This document shows positions 1 to 14,500 of a stretch of DNA of 64,000 bases, one piece after another. The notes under the pieces were generated by a model that ran no database searches, had not been told where the DNA came from, and saw only the letters and a program-made list of their open reading frames with translations. Both the position numbers and the translations under genes were made by a program. This stretch comes from Zygnema circumcarinatum SAG 698-1b. Its lineage: Eukaryota > Plantae > Zygnematophyceae. Where the stretch lies: contig CM074804.1 of the NCBI GenBank assembly GCA_037447605.1, positions 6,115,909 to 6,179,908 on the forward strand, written 5' to 3'. Positions within the stretch are counted from its first letter, which is position 1; every line of letters starts with the position of its first letter.

Positions 1-194
1 AAGCGGGCAGCCCGTAAAAATACTAAATCCCTCGCGCCCCTTCGCGGGCGCTTCCCGGCCTCTTTAGTTGTTCAGGCGCGTCTGAAGCCTGGAGGAACGC
101 GCAACGCGCCCGCCTGCCGGCCTGCCTGCCTGCTGACCTCAAAAGTCTTTATCTTGCAGCCAGCCGTGGCTAAAATTGTAGGCGCGTTTGACGT

Positions 195-1410
195 ATGGTC
201 GCTGCTCTTGAACGTCAGGAGAAGGCGGGGGAGTGTGTCGCCACACACGATTTCTGGCCGTTAGAGTCGCAGAGCTACAAGCTGGAGAAAGACAACTCGA
301 AAATTGTGAGAGAGCTTTACAACGCTCTCAGAGCTGGCGACGTTGGCAGTGCGCGGAAGCGTCTAGCGGACGATGTGGACTGGTGGTTCCATGGCCCGCG
401 ACGAATGCCCTTACGAGATGTGAAGCATTTTCAGATGATGCCACGGCTGGTGGGCGGAGCAGGGGGACAGCCTACTGCATTTGAACCGTTAGACCTCACT
501 GCACGTGGTGACAAGGTATGTTCCTTTACGATAACTAGACTTTCACATCGAAATTGAATATTCTGGCTTGCAGAGCTCCAGCAGGTTCACTGCAGACAAG
601 TTATCGGGTTACCGTTGTCATTGTTTGGAGAAGCGGACGCAGTATTTGTGTCAGGAACAAGATGTGGATGCTTGAACTTGTTTCTGTCAGATGGTCGGGG
701 GACGGTTCCTCTGCTAATGTGTCCACATTTTTTTATTGCCACAAAAGCGACATGATTTTTTAGCGCCTGGCAAGTGGCGTAATTGAGTTTCTTTGTTGGC
801 TTTCTAGACAGCATGTGGAGGCAATGGTACAGTCACGTCTGGTCTCGTATATTTGAGGATTTCAGTAGTGTTGAAACGGCGGAGGTTGCCGAGACATATC
901 CGAGGTGATGGAATGAAGCAATTAGTCTAGAGCTTGTGGAGTGTTTGGAGCTTGAACATTATGGCGTCATCATTATGGCTCAAACGGGACTTGCAGGAAA
1001 CAACGTGTCATTAGTTGTACATGCCATTCCTTGAAAAAGAGTGAGCTTCCTTATGCTCTGATATCTTGGACAGGGAGTTATCCCCTACTGTTTTAGGGTT
1101 CACTTGTAGTTCTCACTTTTGTGTCTTGAGTGATTGGCAGGTGTTTGTGGAAGGCCTCGAACGAGCAGTGACGAAACGAAAAGGCACTGTTTCGTGGGTT
1201 CATGTTTGGACTTTGAAGGATGGGAAAGTGACAGGCTTGCGCGAGTATGTGAACACAGCTGTCTATGCTGCCGTTCTTAAGCCCTCTCTCACGAGTGTAT
1301 CCACAGTCGCACACACAACGACAGCCAGCTGTACTGGCAACCTGGTGTGGGAGTCAAAACTGTGGCGTGAACGTGACGTTTCAACCCCTGGCCTTATCCT
1401 TACTATCTAG
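195..1410 (+). CDS. Wound-induced protein 1 (WUN1/SAG20)-like, SnoaL/NTF2-like fold; 2 exons (195-515, 1141-1410), ~196 aa
   Basis: Exon 1 carries VRELYNAL...DDVDWWFHGP and ends at AAG|GTATGT. Exon 2 follows TGGCAG| in phase 0 and carries VFVEG...WVHVWT..DGKVTGLREYVNT...VWES...PGLILTI*. These are the motifs of the plant WUN1 family. Confidence 0.85.
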
Positions 1411-2593
1411 TTTCGCATATGCCTGGTGCCAGGAAAAGACAGCTGCGCTCTTTTAGGGTCTGCACGCATCTTTCCCGCACGGGGGTTTCACGTAGATAGG
1501 TACTAGACAGAGTCGCCTTAGCCTTATGTAGAAGGGCCAGGGTTTTTCGAGAACGCCTGTTGGCTGCCAGCAGAAGGCAGCTTCCAGTTCGTGCGTACAT
1601 CGTAGGTGTCGTTGGCAGTTTAAGCTTCTGTTTGATATAGATAGACAACAATGATGTACGTGAGTAGGGCCCAGGACCTGTCGGCCTTGTCGAGGTGGAC
1701 TTGCAAATGGTGTCTGCAAGACTGTCTCCCCTGTGACGACATGCGATGCTGCTTTTGGTGGTCTTCATGCGGCCATCTAGAATGCTCATCCCGCGACACT
1801 CGAAGACGCATCTTTCCGTGGACTGGAAAAGCAAGAGAGTTTGCAGCTGTACGCGCTGAAAGTGGTTTTATTTTGTGTTCTTTGCAATTCAGGAGGGCGG
1901 GCTTGCGGAAGTGGATATCATGGGCATCTTGGACTTCGAATTCTACGATGTTTCATTAGTCTGGCTTACATGTGTTGATGGTTTTTTGTTGTCCTCTTAT
2001 CTATTTCAACACTGAAAACTTGTGTACTTGTACTCTGCTTCTTAGCTTCATACTCGTCCTTACATAGGGACCATAGATGTGAGTAGACTCTTAAGTACGA
2101 AAGGCAACATATGTTGCAGGGATCTGAGACTTTCTCAAACATTCTTCACTTTACCCTAACAACCGTTCAGGATATAGAACCATTTTTTCACATGATTATT
2201 GGAAAATAACCTGAAAAACAGTCCCAGAAAAACTACTTAATATCATCAGTGCCATGCTCACTGCACATTAGATTACAAAATAAAAGTTTGCAAAACCTAC
2301 TGCTAACCCTGACTCCTGCGTTTACAAACCTTCCCTCACCCTCCACCTTCACTTCAGTCTAACAATGAGCTTTGCAGTAACCCCCAGCGGCGGCTGGGCT
2401 CCTGCGCCTATGCGGAAACTGACCATCGCCCGCCTGCCTTAACAGATATTCTCCCTTCCGGACCATCCTCAAACGTCGCTTAACTGAGGGGAGGCAAATT
2501 TAGGACACTCCCCTCAACAAGATAACCTTTCGAAAGTTAGTGAGGTGCCCCACGCACGCCACAGAAACCTTTCTCACGATGCATTTGCAAAGC

Positions 2594-5500
2594 TCACGCG
2601 GACTGCATGACGAGCTGCTCCGCTGGCTCCTCGTCTACCTCTGGCTTGGCCTCTGGGGTCTGCGCTTCACTTGGCGGGACCAGCTGCCAGAACTTCGGCA
2701 GGCACTGGTCCCAGTCAGCCAGCACCGCCTTTCCTTTGGAGCTGCCAGTTTTGTCCTGTTACAATGTCCACAACAAAAAAATGCCGAATATTACTGCATT
2801 AAAAACCGTGGGATTAAGGCCCTGCACGGTAGTTCGCATTCCGAGAGCATCCATCCGGCATTTTCATGAATGAAAATGCGAAAATGAGAATGACCTTTCT
2901 GTGAGCATAAAGAAAGAGAAGTGATGAAACGAGCTTTTTTCACTGACCACATGCGCTTCAATCAGCCTCCGGAGCTGAGCTTCACCCGCCCTAGTGCACA
3001 CCCGCTGCATTGTCACAATCTCACGGTTCACCTGCAAGCCCAACCAAGACAAAGTAAGTCAGCCTGTCACAGCCCCGATCGTCCAGGACGCAAAATCTTT
3101 CTATTCATTTCCCCTGGAAAATAGTTTCGCCCTCCCAATACAAAACACACTACCATAGTAGACCAGGTAGCAACAAACCTTGGGCGAAAATGTATCATCT
3201 TCATCAAGGAAGTAGGCGAGCCCCCCGGTCATGCCAGCGCCTACATTGCGGCCCACCCTGGACACGAAAATACTCCAGCATCCATCATGAGATGATGTCC
3301 AGAAAAGGCCATTCCTTATCCTCACAGTAAGGACATGTTGGCCAACAGCATAGGGCACTTACTTGCCGAGCGCCACCACACAGCCTCCTGTCATGTACTC
3401 GCAGCAGTGGTCCCCTGCACCTTCCAGAACTGCCTCAGCCAAAGAGTTTCTCACAGCAAAGCGTTCGCCTGCACATCCATTCACGAATAGCTGCCCCCCC
3501 GTGGCGCCGTAGAGGCACGTGTTGCCTATTATAATGGCCTCCTCCGGCTTGAATGCCACATTTTCCGGAGGAATCACCACAATTTCTCCACCGGCCATTC
3601 CCTGCCAGGTGATAGGAATTACAATTTCAGTACCTTCTAGACAATAGACGTATGAGAACAATTTGAAAGGCTGGTTTGCTACTCTTTAGGCCTAATTGTA
3701 AATCACCCAAAAGGAGCTCGGCACAAGCCAAGACTAGGCAGGGTTACTCTCTCTCACCTTGCCCACATAGTCATTGGCCTCCCCAATCAGTTTTACGTTC
3801 ATTCCTGACGTCAGAAAACAGCCAAACGACTGGCCTGCACTGCCTTCGAAGCTGCAGCAATGCAAACATGGTGCGAGAAATCGCACCAGACATTAAGTTA
3901 GCATTAATCATCACACCACACCCACCTTACGCAACAACTCACATAAAGGCGGTAGATCTGTGATTTGTAGTGATGTCGACTCGGCAAAAACAGCATAATG
4001 GCCGCCACATCAAACTCAAGAAAAAAGCTTTGCAAGAAAACAAGGAAACCTGTTATTCATACTCGAAAGGAAATGAAATGATGTGCTCACGTTAGGTTGA
4101 GCTGCCCAGCGAAACCTGAGTCGCCATACTTCTTTGCAATTGCTCCAGCCACTCGTCCACAGGTCGAGCGATCCACATTAACAATGGGAACCGTCGCTGA
4201 AGCCACAGTCTCATTTTCAATAGCCGCAGCAATCTGGAATAGCGTTCAACTAAAAGTGCTTAGACGGGACCGCTTGCAAACCGAAACCTCATCCACCAAT
4301 TCTCTGAAAGGAAACTGAGATTACTGAAAAGGTATGCAGAATTTCGGTTTCTCGTGATATAGCACAAGGAAAAGCAACCCCATCAAAGCATGAAAGAGCC
4401 CATTACCTCGGGCATGGCCAGAAGCTCATCATCCAGCACAGCACCGTTGCTGTGCACTTCCTGCTGTCTGCGTGCAGTACTCGACGTTTCAGGGATGCCG
4501 CCCTCCTGAACAGATACAGATCATGCCAGAAACTTCAGAGACAGCCCGACATCACAAATCCCCGTAAAGTCATATAGCTGGAAGCTTAATAAATATCCCA
4601 ATAGTTTCTGAATAGGACAAGTTGATGGTTAAGGCCAAATAAGCGCCATATAAGGAGGAGACTGGGAATTTTCACAATGCAAGTCGTCATTGATAACAGA
4701 GGAGCATACAGATCAGGATACCAGAAATGCAAATACCTTGATAAAGAAGGCCAAATCTATGGCTTGGGTTTTGGTCACTTGTACACCCTCCCGGGCCTTC
4801 AGTAGATCTGTGTGGCCAATAATGTCATCCAACTTCTCAAATCCAAGCTGGGCTAATCCTGCTCGGACCTGATAGAGACAAAACCATAAACCCATGAGGT
4901 GGAATAAGCACTTTTGAAAAAGAACAAGACATCCTCATTCAGAAGGGACTGAATATTTTTCAACCCCAGTGCACCGCAGTCTCTAGGTTCAAACCATAAG
5001 GACAAAAGCAGCATTTGTTTGAGAAAAGGCTGTGGAGAGGTCAGCATGACGCATTGATTGAGAGCCTACCTCCTCAGCAACGAAGAGGAAGTAATTGACA
5101 AGATCTCCTGGAACACCTGGAAATCGAGCTCGCAACTCCTCCCTCTACACGATGCAAACAGAAGCATATCAGCTGACAGCTTCAGCAAGAAGCAAGAAGA
5201 CCTAATTTCACGGACAGTAACACCTGCCATATAGCAAGGAATCTGCAATCCTTGCCACGTTATACAACAATCTAAAAGAGAACTCCTTTAATGCCCTGCC
5301 AACCTCCAGAGTCCTGAAAACCGCAATAGCAGTTGCTCTATCGATGTGTGCACGGAGTGAAACAGGTTACTGCAGAGCTTAACCTGGCTGGCGACTCCCA
5401 CAGGACAGTTGTTTGTATGACAGATTCGGGCCATGATGCAGCCCGTGGCGATCATGGCAATGGAGCCAAATCCGTATTCGTCTGCTCCCATGGCCGCCCC

Positions 5501-8500
5501 CAGCATCACATCCGCTCCACTCTTGAACCCTCCGTCAACTCGCAGAACCACTCGTTCGCGCAGACCATTGGCCAGGAGGGTCTGTTCACAATCCAATAAA
5601 GACAGAGTCAGTACTGCAGTGAACTCCTCACTGAGGCATGGCAGTTCGATGGTTATCATCGCTTTTTTTGAAGGATGGCAGAAACCTACAATCATCCGTT
5701 AACCTGCTCAGCTCGACCCTATCTGGCTTACCTGATGTGCTTCTGTAAGCCCCATTTCCCATGGACCACCTGCGTGTTTAATCGAACTGATCGGGCTTGC
5801 ACCAGTGCCACCATCGTGGCCAGAAATCTGCACAGAAGTCATTATGTAAGATTTTTTTCAAGGAGCGTGTTGCAGCTTTTACCAGAGGCTCATAGCAGTT
5901 GTACCAGATGAGCCAGAATAAGGTTTTTAAAAATCAAAACGATGAGTGGGCATTCACAGCTTGCAAAGCACACCTGGATAACATCGGCATTAGCTTTTGC
6001 AACTCCGCTGGCAACTGTCCCAATGCCTGCTTCTGCGACAAGCTTCACTGAGACCTTCGCCTTTGGGTTCACCTGGTAGAAAAACAATCAAAGCCATGTC
6101 AAACACCCTCATGTTTTCAGGGCCTCTCAAAAAATACCTCCAACTTTCCTCATGCATTCACTTCCGACAGCTCTGTACAAGATAAACAAACCCTCATAAA
6201 GGATCAGAAGTCCCCAAAAAGTACTTTTCCCTCTCCCTAGCCTTTCCTAATGTCTCACCTGATGCAGGTCAAAAATCAGCTGTGCCAGGTCCTCAATGGA
6301 ATAAATGTCATGATGAGGTGGCGGCGAAATAAGCGGCACCCCTGCCTTGCTGTTCCGCAACTGGGCAATGTAAGGCGAAACTTTTTTACCGGGCAGCTGT
6401 CCACCTTCCCCTGGCTTGGCCCCTTGGGCAATTTTAATTTCGACCTGATCGGCATTGGCTAAGAAAGTCGGGGTCACTCCGAACCGTCCTGACGCCACCT
6501 GATATTAGTAGTGCCCATTCAAACAAAATCACAACAATCAATGAGTATCCATTTAGCTTCGAAACTCTTACCACGCTACCTCCAGGCCCGCACTAACTTG
6601 AATACTTTCGAATACACTGATGAAGGAATTAAATAAAAGAAAATCAGAGTGTACGTGACCGATGTGCCAATACGATCAACCACGTTGTTGGCTTTGTTTG
6701 TCACCTGCTTGATCTTACTGGTTGCCGTATCAGAATTCTGCAGTCCCTTCAGGTGTGGAAAAGTGGGTGAGAGGCCATCCTCTCCCACATCATCCAGATG
6801 GCGCCACCTGATGGGGTCCTGTAATGAAGCACTCAGACATTAAAACCTGTTAACTTATATCAATCATCTGCATTTAATGTAGTCAAACCTTTCCTACAGC
6901 ATCCATTTCTCAGGGCATTCTCTTGATAACATAGAAAGGGGAAGGAGGTCTTTTTTTTCACGACTACAACAAACTCGCCCACCTCTCCACCTTCACCGGA
7001 GTTGGACTTGCCCCCAATACGGTTCATGGCGATCGCAATTGCTTCATGAGTCTCCCTTGAAATGGCCCCCAAGGACATGCCTCCTGCTCATGGCATACAG
7101 GACCATTCCATGAGTGCTACCTACAGCGGCTGAATAAGGGAGATCTCGTTGAAGGTGAAATCTCACTTCTACTTCTAGTGCCCTTGGTGCAACCAAATAT
7201 GCCATTCAAGTACCTGTGCAGAACCGCTCTACAATTGCAGTGGCCGGCTCCACCTTTTCCAAGGAAATAGGTTCACGGTCACTCTTTAACTCCAGAAGAT
7301 CTCTCAGTACCTGCAGAAGCCTTCCGCCCATTAGCCCCATATTCTTGTACATGCTTCTCTGTTTAGCAAGTGAAATGAATTGTCATCCCAACTCAATTGC
7401 CATTCCATCCTGCCAGAACTGCCCTGGAGTCCAGCAACCTATTCGCATTGATACAGAAAATGAAGATAGACAGCCGTCTCCCGTCGCAGAGTTCACCTCG
7501 CATACTCAGGCAGAAGCCAATGTGGAAAGGAACAGGCAGCACATTCAGGTATGCGAAGACAGCAAACACAGTCAGAATGCAGGAGAAGGAATGAGAGGTA
7601 CATTTATTGGGCGACTGGAAAGGTGGTTTTGGTAAACTGCATAAGCTGCTTGGCTGCCCTCACGAACCGCCTTGTGCAACAACTTCGACATTTCCGGGTT
7701 ATTGCCATGGTACTCTCCTGGAGACCACATACACAACTGTTTGTAATTTTCGTTTACAATTTTCTTTCCTCAAACTGACAACTTTGCCTTCTCATTTTGA
7801 TTCTCCGTTGAACATGCAAGCAATAGACTAACCACAAATGCTTGCCTCGTGACTAGTTCCGAAACAGACGAGACAAGCTCCCTCTTTCCAGTAATCATGT
7901 GATTCGACAATTCTACGGTCGAAATACCTATCATCAAAAACTCAAAAGGGTTCTGCTGGCAAACACAAGATGCTAACCTCCTCTGAAGAACTGGATGAAC
8001 CCAGAATTCTCAGGCTTCTTGGGAAGCTGGTCAACAAAAGAAGTCGACCAGAAGTTGGTTGTCTCCTTCGCAAGCTGCACAGAACATCCACCCAAAGTGA
8101 GCAGCCGGGTCTGCTTGGCAACTCAATGTGCAGACCACAAATAAAGTGCTGGCTTCCTGCCAGAGACAATGAATCAACTTCAGAGAAATAACAACACAAA
8201 AGAAAGAAAATGCGGGTGACGCCCAGATTTTGCAAGCACCTCATCCAGCGTTAATCCACCGATGCGGGACACTGTCCCTTTGAAAGCCATGTCTACCACA
8301 TCCTCCCCGAGTCCATAGATTTCAAAAATCTGTGCTCCACAGTAACTGCAGCAAACACGCCAGACAAAAGTCCTAAGTAGGCCAAAAAACGAGCCAGACA
8401 GTCCATTACTAGTTCATGTAAGCATAATCAAACACCCATACGATGCCAGTGTTGCAAACACAGCACATTTGCAATTAAAAAAAAACATTAGTTCCTTCCA

Positions 8501-11500
8501 GAATCTTTCTGTATTCCAGAATCTTCTTGCTCTTCCTTTGCACTAGCTCTCTTTCAACTTTCAAAATTAAAGATACACCCAAAGATTATATTTTGTCAAT
8601 TAAACGTATGAAAGAACCCACCTAGTTAGTAGAGATATTCCCATTTTGGAGAGAATCTTCAATAGGCCAGCTTTGACAGCCTGCAAAACAATAGAAATCC
8701 CATAACTGAGACTAAAGACTAGAAACATAGTAGTCTGGAAGCTGCCTAATTGGAACCACATCAAGCTTCAAACAGGGAACAAGGAGAGTGCCACATGCAC
8801 AACACAATAGACGCAGCACTAAGCAATAACTGGTTAAATGAAAGTTATATATATACCTTACGATAATTCTTCTGCGCATCTTCCATGCTCACAGTTGGAA
8901 GCTTGCCAAACATCATAAGGTTTACCGTCCTCTCGCTCGCGCGCCATTGTCGCACAGTCTCAAATGCAAGATAGGGGCAAATAGCACTGCCGACATTGGA
9001 GAATTAGCCAAAAGTGATGTTGGATGTCAGAATGCCATACGTGTTTTTAACTCCCCATAGAAACATAGTTGCATAATTTGGGGCTAGTTAGATGCTGAAG
9101 CATACATAGATTTTTAGACTAAATTTCAGCAGTAGCAAAAAGTGCGTCAATATCTCATCGCATACGAGGATTTGATCCAACTCAAATCGTCGAGTTGGAT
9201 CGAGTTTAAGCGACTCACCTGGCACCATAGCCAACAAGACACGCGAAGTGGTGAGTGCTGAAGCATTGAGCAGTGTCTGCCACAAGCGAGCAGCGAAGTC
9301 GTAAACCCTTCTGGATGAGGTGGTGATGTACAGCTCCCATAGCTAGCAGGGCAGGAATGGCTGGACTATGTGCGTCCTGCAACCATGAGCAAAGAAACAG
9401 AAGTCCAGCAAACATGCCAGGGTAAGACATGGAAACCCTTTCACGAAAATAACTAGTATCCCTAATACCTGCATCTAATTACCGGAATCTAATTGTCATC
9501 AAGATCCAGGTGCACCTTTTCCAGCATGACAGAATTATCATACCAAGAGATCAGTGCCAAACAAAGACGGTAAACTAAGAGATTTCCAGAAGCAGAAGTT
9601 CACGAGGGACTTATGCGAGACAAGTCGCAGATGCCAAAGTGAATGCCTTGTAGCCATCCACTTACCAGCTTGGTTGTCCTATCACTCAGCACAAGCAGTT
9701 GCGCTCCCTCCTTCACGGCTTCTTCCGCGGCAGCACAAAGAGAATCCAGGCCTTTCTTAAGTGATCCCCCCTCTACGCCATCCGCAATATCAAAAAATGT
9801 GGGAAGTGTCACACATCCAAGCTGTGGGTCTGCCTGAAGTGCGTTCAACTCCTCATCACTGAGTACTGGACTGGAGAGCCGCACTTGGTTGGCATGGTCC
9901 GGGCCGATCTCTAGGAAGTTCTCCCTTTTACCAATTGTGGTCTCCAAAGACATGACAAGTCCTTCACGAAGCGGATCGATAGCTGGGTTGGTTACCTGCA
10001 CAATCGCCCTATCTGTCACGGTGACGCTTCTTGAGAACTGCCCTTGAAAGGAATTAGGATTACCAAGTTTTGTAAAAAATCAGTCTCCAGTGCTCTAAGT
10101 AATATTCCAGTATCCACATTTTCCGACAGATTCCTCCACATAAAAGCTTGAAAGATTCCCTTCCTCATGTCTCCATTCATACAGTCCATAACAAAACATG
10201 CTACGAATCAATACTGCTAACGTGGCAGAACCCTGGGCATGGCCGACAACACAAATCTGACTGAGCAAGAGCACAAACAAAAGTACCTTCACGGCTTCCT
10301 CTCCCCTAACCTCTTATCCCTGCGCCATTTGGCATCCCTCTCATAAAGTCAGATTAGCATTCAGCAGTGAGAGCATGATTCATGTCAGGGCCCCACCTGA
10401 GCAAAACGCTGCTTGAAGTAATCATAGAGTAAATGTCCACGGGAAGATAAGACCGCCAAAGGAATGTCATCACCCATGCAGAAAGTAGGTTCCTTGCCTT
10501 GGGACGCCATCGACTCTATCACAATAGAAAGATCTTCTCCAGAATACCCAAAAGACCTGCCATTCCAGAGTGACAGAAATTCAAATCAAAACAACTCTCT
10601 TCTTGAATTCGGCTAAAAGTTTCAATAAATGGTTCGACTACTGTAGTTTTTTCACGCAAACCTGCGTCAAGTTCAGCTATGACAGTAAACAATACCTCAT
10701 TCCCCTATGTTTCGCCTCCTCCTCCTCAACCACTTTGCCTTCTGCATTTTTTACTGACTCACACTCCACTCTCGGAGCATCTCTACACCTTCAGATTTCT
10801 TCCCCCCGCTTTCCTCTTGTATCTCGCCCACTTGCCCTTCCCCCGCTCCTCCCTTTCCAACACTTCACCCCCTCCCTCCTCCCCCCTCCCCCCCCTCATC
10901 CTCATCCTCTGTCATCTCTCCTCTCTCGTCTTCCCATCTCATTCACAGCGGCATTTTCTCCTTTCCCAGTCTCTCAAACAACTGGTGAGGAAGTTCATGG
11001 CTTACATGTGCTGGCGGAGCAAATCCGTGGGAGACATTGAAGGACCTGCTGAAAATGGCATAGTTGGAAGGGAGCGACTCTGCAACGTAACAAACGGAAA
11101 TCTCAGCGAAGATGAACATTTCTAAGTCTGACAGAAGGTTTCGCTTCAGGCGAATGTAATGGGTACCATAGCAAGACATCCCAAGCATGGCTTGGAAAGC
11201 GCTACAGCTTTTCCCATTCTACGATGAGAACCCATAACCAATAGAAACATCTAACATTTTTTAACTCAGGGGTTCAATGCCTAGGAAATCCCAAAGATCT
11301 TGGAAACTATTACGAGTGAAACTCTGCAACTATAGACTTGATCAATCCATATTTTTCACATGATTTGCCGCTGACAAAGTAAATCATTCGACGTGTACTG
11401 TAATGAGCTTCTTCATCTTCCAAGGAAAACTACTGACTGGCAGACGTGAGTCACTCAAATGAGCAGCAACCTTCACATGAAAGAGTCAATTGTAACTCTG

Positions 11501-14500
11501 ACATAGAAAGGATATGAGGCCCACAAATTCATTGCAACACTGCATGCAATTATTGTGGTGTGCATCTTTTCTAAGAGGCCCACTGTTGGACATTGTGTGC
11601 TCAGGACTCTCAGTTAGACAAATTGCTCCACCTTTGCTACCGTAAACAGGCCCAATCAAAAAGTAAGACGATTTACGTGTTCCAGAAATTGCATGCCTCA
11701 TATTACTCATTTGCCCAAATGCCTGCAACAGCTCACAGAAGAGCATATGGCTGGTGCAATTAACGTCACGACCGAATAAAGAGTAAATGCACATGCTCAT
11801 TTTTTTCCAACCAACAGGAAAGGTTTGAGAACCCACGTGTTCTGCCAACCACTGCTTGTATGGGTGAGCTGCAGCAACTTGCTTCTTGATCTCCGTGTTG
11901 TAAAGGACCTGTGCACAAGCCCAAAAACTCCGGTCTAAATTTCAGACGAAGAATGAGTACTCTGATAAACAAAAATAAATCAGTCCACAAATGTACAAGT
12001 CACACTTTTTCGGAACTCAAAAGACTTTCTTCCACCTACGAACTATCAACCCCACATCTCCCTTGTGTTGTTTTTAGGGTTTTCAGGATTTCGATAAAGT
12101 TAGATTAAGATAAGACCTTAACATAAGGGTTAAGATAAAGTAGCAAGAGCCGAACTACCTAGGTCAAGTATCCGACCTTTCCGTTAAACGGATAATAGGC
12201 AAAACATGGTCAAACAATAGATCAATAGTTACTGGCCTTGGTTAGAAAAGCAATCCAGTACAGGCTAAAAACGCGATTCGAACGTCAACCAGATAGAGCA
12301 CGCAGCTCAGCAATTGTGACGAGCAAAACTTGTTTTCACGCTTCCTCGACTTGGAAGAAATCAAGAGTCGATAAGCCCTTAAACTTCCTGGCTACGATAT
12401 CTATCCCGTGCCCCTGGCCTCTACTGACCTGGCCTGTCTCAAGGTCTGCAGATATCATCATTCCAGGTCCTAAACGTCCTTTTGCAACTACGGACGAATT
12501 ATCCATAGTCAATACTCCAACCTGTAAAACAAGCACAGACATACAAAATATGCCGCAAAGTTCAGCAATCTCAAAAACAATGAGAGGGATCTAGATCAAA
12601 CTGCATACAGCTAGTCTATGTAGTACTCGAGGGAAAAATTCGAGTGGGAAATGGAGACCCAACTTGTTAGCGACCACCTGATTTACATACAGCAAAGCAC
12701 TTTGCTAAATGAGCTCAGAACTGGGCCCACCTCCGACGCAACATAGAGCATGTCATCGTTTGTCATCCAGAAGCGAGCAGGACGAAGCCCATTACGGTCC
12801 AAGGCAGCACCAACCGTCTTGCCATTGCTGCATGTACCGCACCCAATTGATGTAAAAGTTTAACTTTTCTGAACATATTCATAGATACCAGTTGTGCATT
12901 TTACGCGTTTCGAGTAATTTGACTATAATCAATGCTCAATGCATGCCACTAATCATTTGGATAAACATACAGCAGCGAAATCGACAGACTTATACCCGCT
13001 ATAAGCTTAAACGTAACATGTCTTCACATCAAATAACGATGGCAACAAGAACGCAAGAACTTCTCGTTCAAAGCTTGCTATTCGAAATAGTGATCAGGAT
13101 ATTCTAGACTAAATGGTTAAACTGAAACGGCATTGTCAAGGATACAACATAGCACGAACGCGGACCTGAAGACAAGAAGGGCAGGTCCATCCCAGGCTTC
13201 CATCTGGCCTTTGTTGTACTCATAAAAGTCAACCACCTGCAAGCAGCTACTGGACCCAATAAGGCTCATAATGAGTGGATCCGTAGTCCTGGGCATATAG
13301 AGAAAGTCAACCAGAAATATGTACGCCATGCTAATGACAAGCAGAGCGCTCCTGCACTTCCGACCCGATTAAGTCGTGGCTTGCTCTCAGTCCTCGGAGA
13401 GAATGTGAAAGGATTGCTTTGTTGGCAGCAAGACTTACCTCCGGATACTTTGCCATCAAAGTTGGGTGGTTTTTATAAGCCTCTGGCACCAACAGCATGA
13501 GCGTTTCCTCGGGTTTTCGTCCGCTCCTTAACAGCACCTGATATTCCCATGTCCACCATTGCCACTGACTCAAGACTTAAATCCGACTCACAGTGTTCAT
13601 GCTTACTGCCATCAGCGGTATGCGATACCATGTCACATACTGCTGGACGTATTCGCTCAAACATAGAGAACTGAATAACCTGATCAAACAGCCAATCAAC
13701 CTTAGAAGCAAAAAAACCACTTGCAATGAAGGAACAGAAAGACATTGGTTCAAGATGACCCGAAGGCCCTGCCCAGTTCCGGAAAGCAAGCTCCAAAGCA
13801 TGTGTCTCCCTCATACACCATCAACCCCATGACAGAAACCGCCAAGTCTCAGGGCCATCCACCTCTGCAACACTGTCGAGGTTGGCTGAATCTGAATTGC
13901 TTGCATTCTGAATCGGAAAAATATCAGTCTCCCTTCCTCGCCACACAGGAGATTGCAACGTCGGTTCTCGAGAGCGCATCCAGTTCAAGTTGCCCTGCAT
14001 CAAACAACCATCGTCATGCAGAGTTCTTAAAACGTTGAAGAGTTGTCCGATGAAAATAAGCAAGTTAAAGGATCTATATAAACAGCTCCAGAAAAGTGCT
14101 TCGCCTCAAATGTTTACCTGGATAGTGTTAATTTCGCCATTGTGACCCAGGAATCTCATGGGCTGTGCCAGAGGCCATCTCGGTGTTGTGTTTGTGCTGT
14201 AACGCCGATGATAGATGGCAAATGGTGACTCATATTCAGGATTGTGAAGATCAGGATAGAATGGACCAACAACTGCAGACCGCAGCATGCCCTTGTAGAC
14301 AATGGTGCGACATGAAAGCGAACAGAAATAAAGCTCCGCAGCCCATTCATAAGTCTGTGATGCTCTTTCTGCCAACTTGCGACAAATGTATAGCTCACGT
14401 TCGATATCTTCAGCAGAGTCAAAGCCCGGGACCTGCACATGAACATGTGAGACGTCATCACGACTCCAAGCGATGTATTTCTGGAAAGAACAACATGGGC

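Noticed and set aside
31-68. GC hairpin (GCGCCC..GGGCGC) followed by TTAGT, resembling a Helitron 3' end
   Set aside because: The terminus is TTAG rather than CTRR and the rest of any element lies outside the window, so it cannot be supported.
10700-10945. Pro/Ser-rich ORFs antisense to a GOGAT intron
   Set aside because: This is a low-complexity polypyrimidine tract inside an intron with no coding signal.
12070-12135. Interstitial telomeric repeat (TTTAGGG)
   Set aside because: Only one or two scattered units are present, which is expected by chance.
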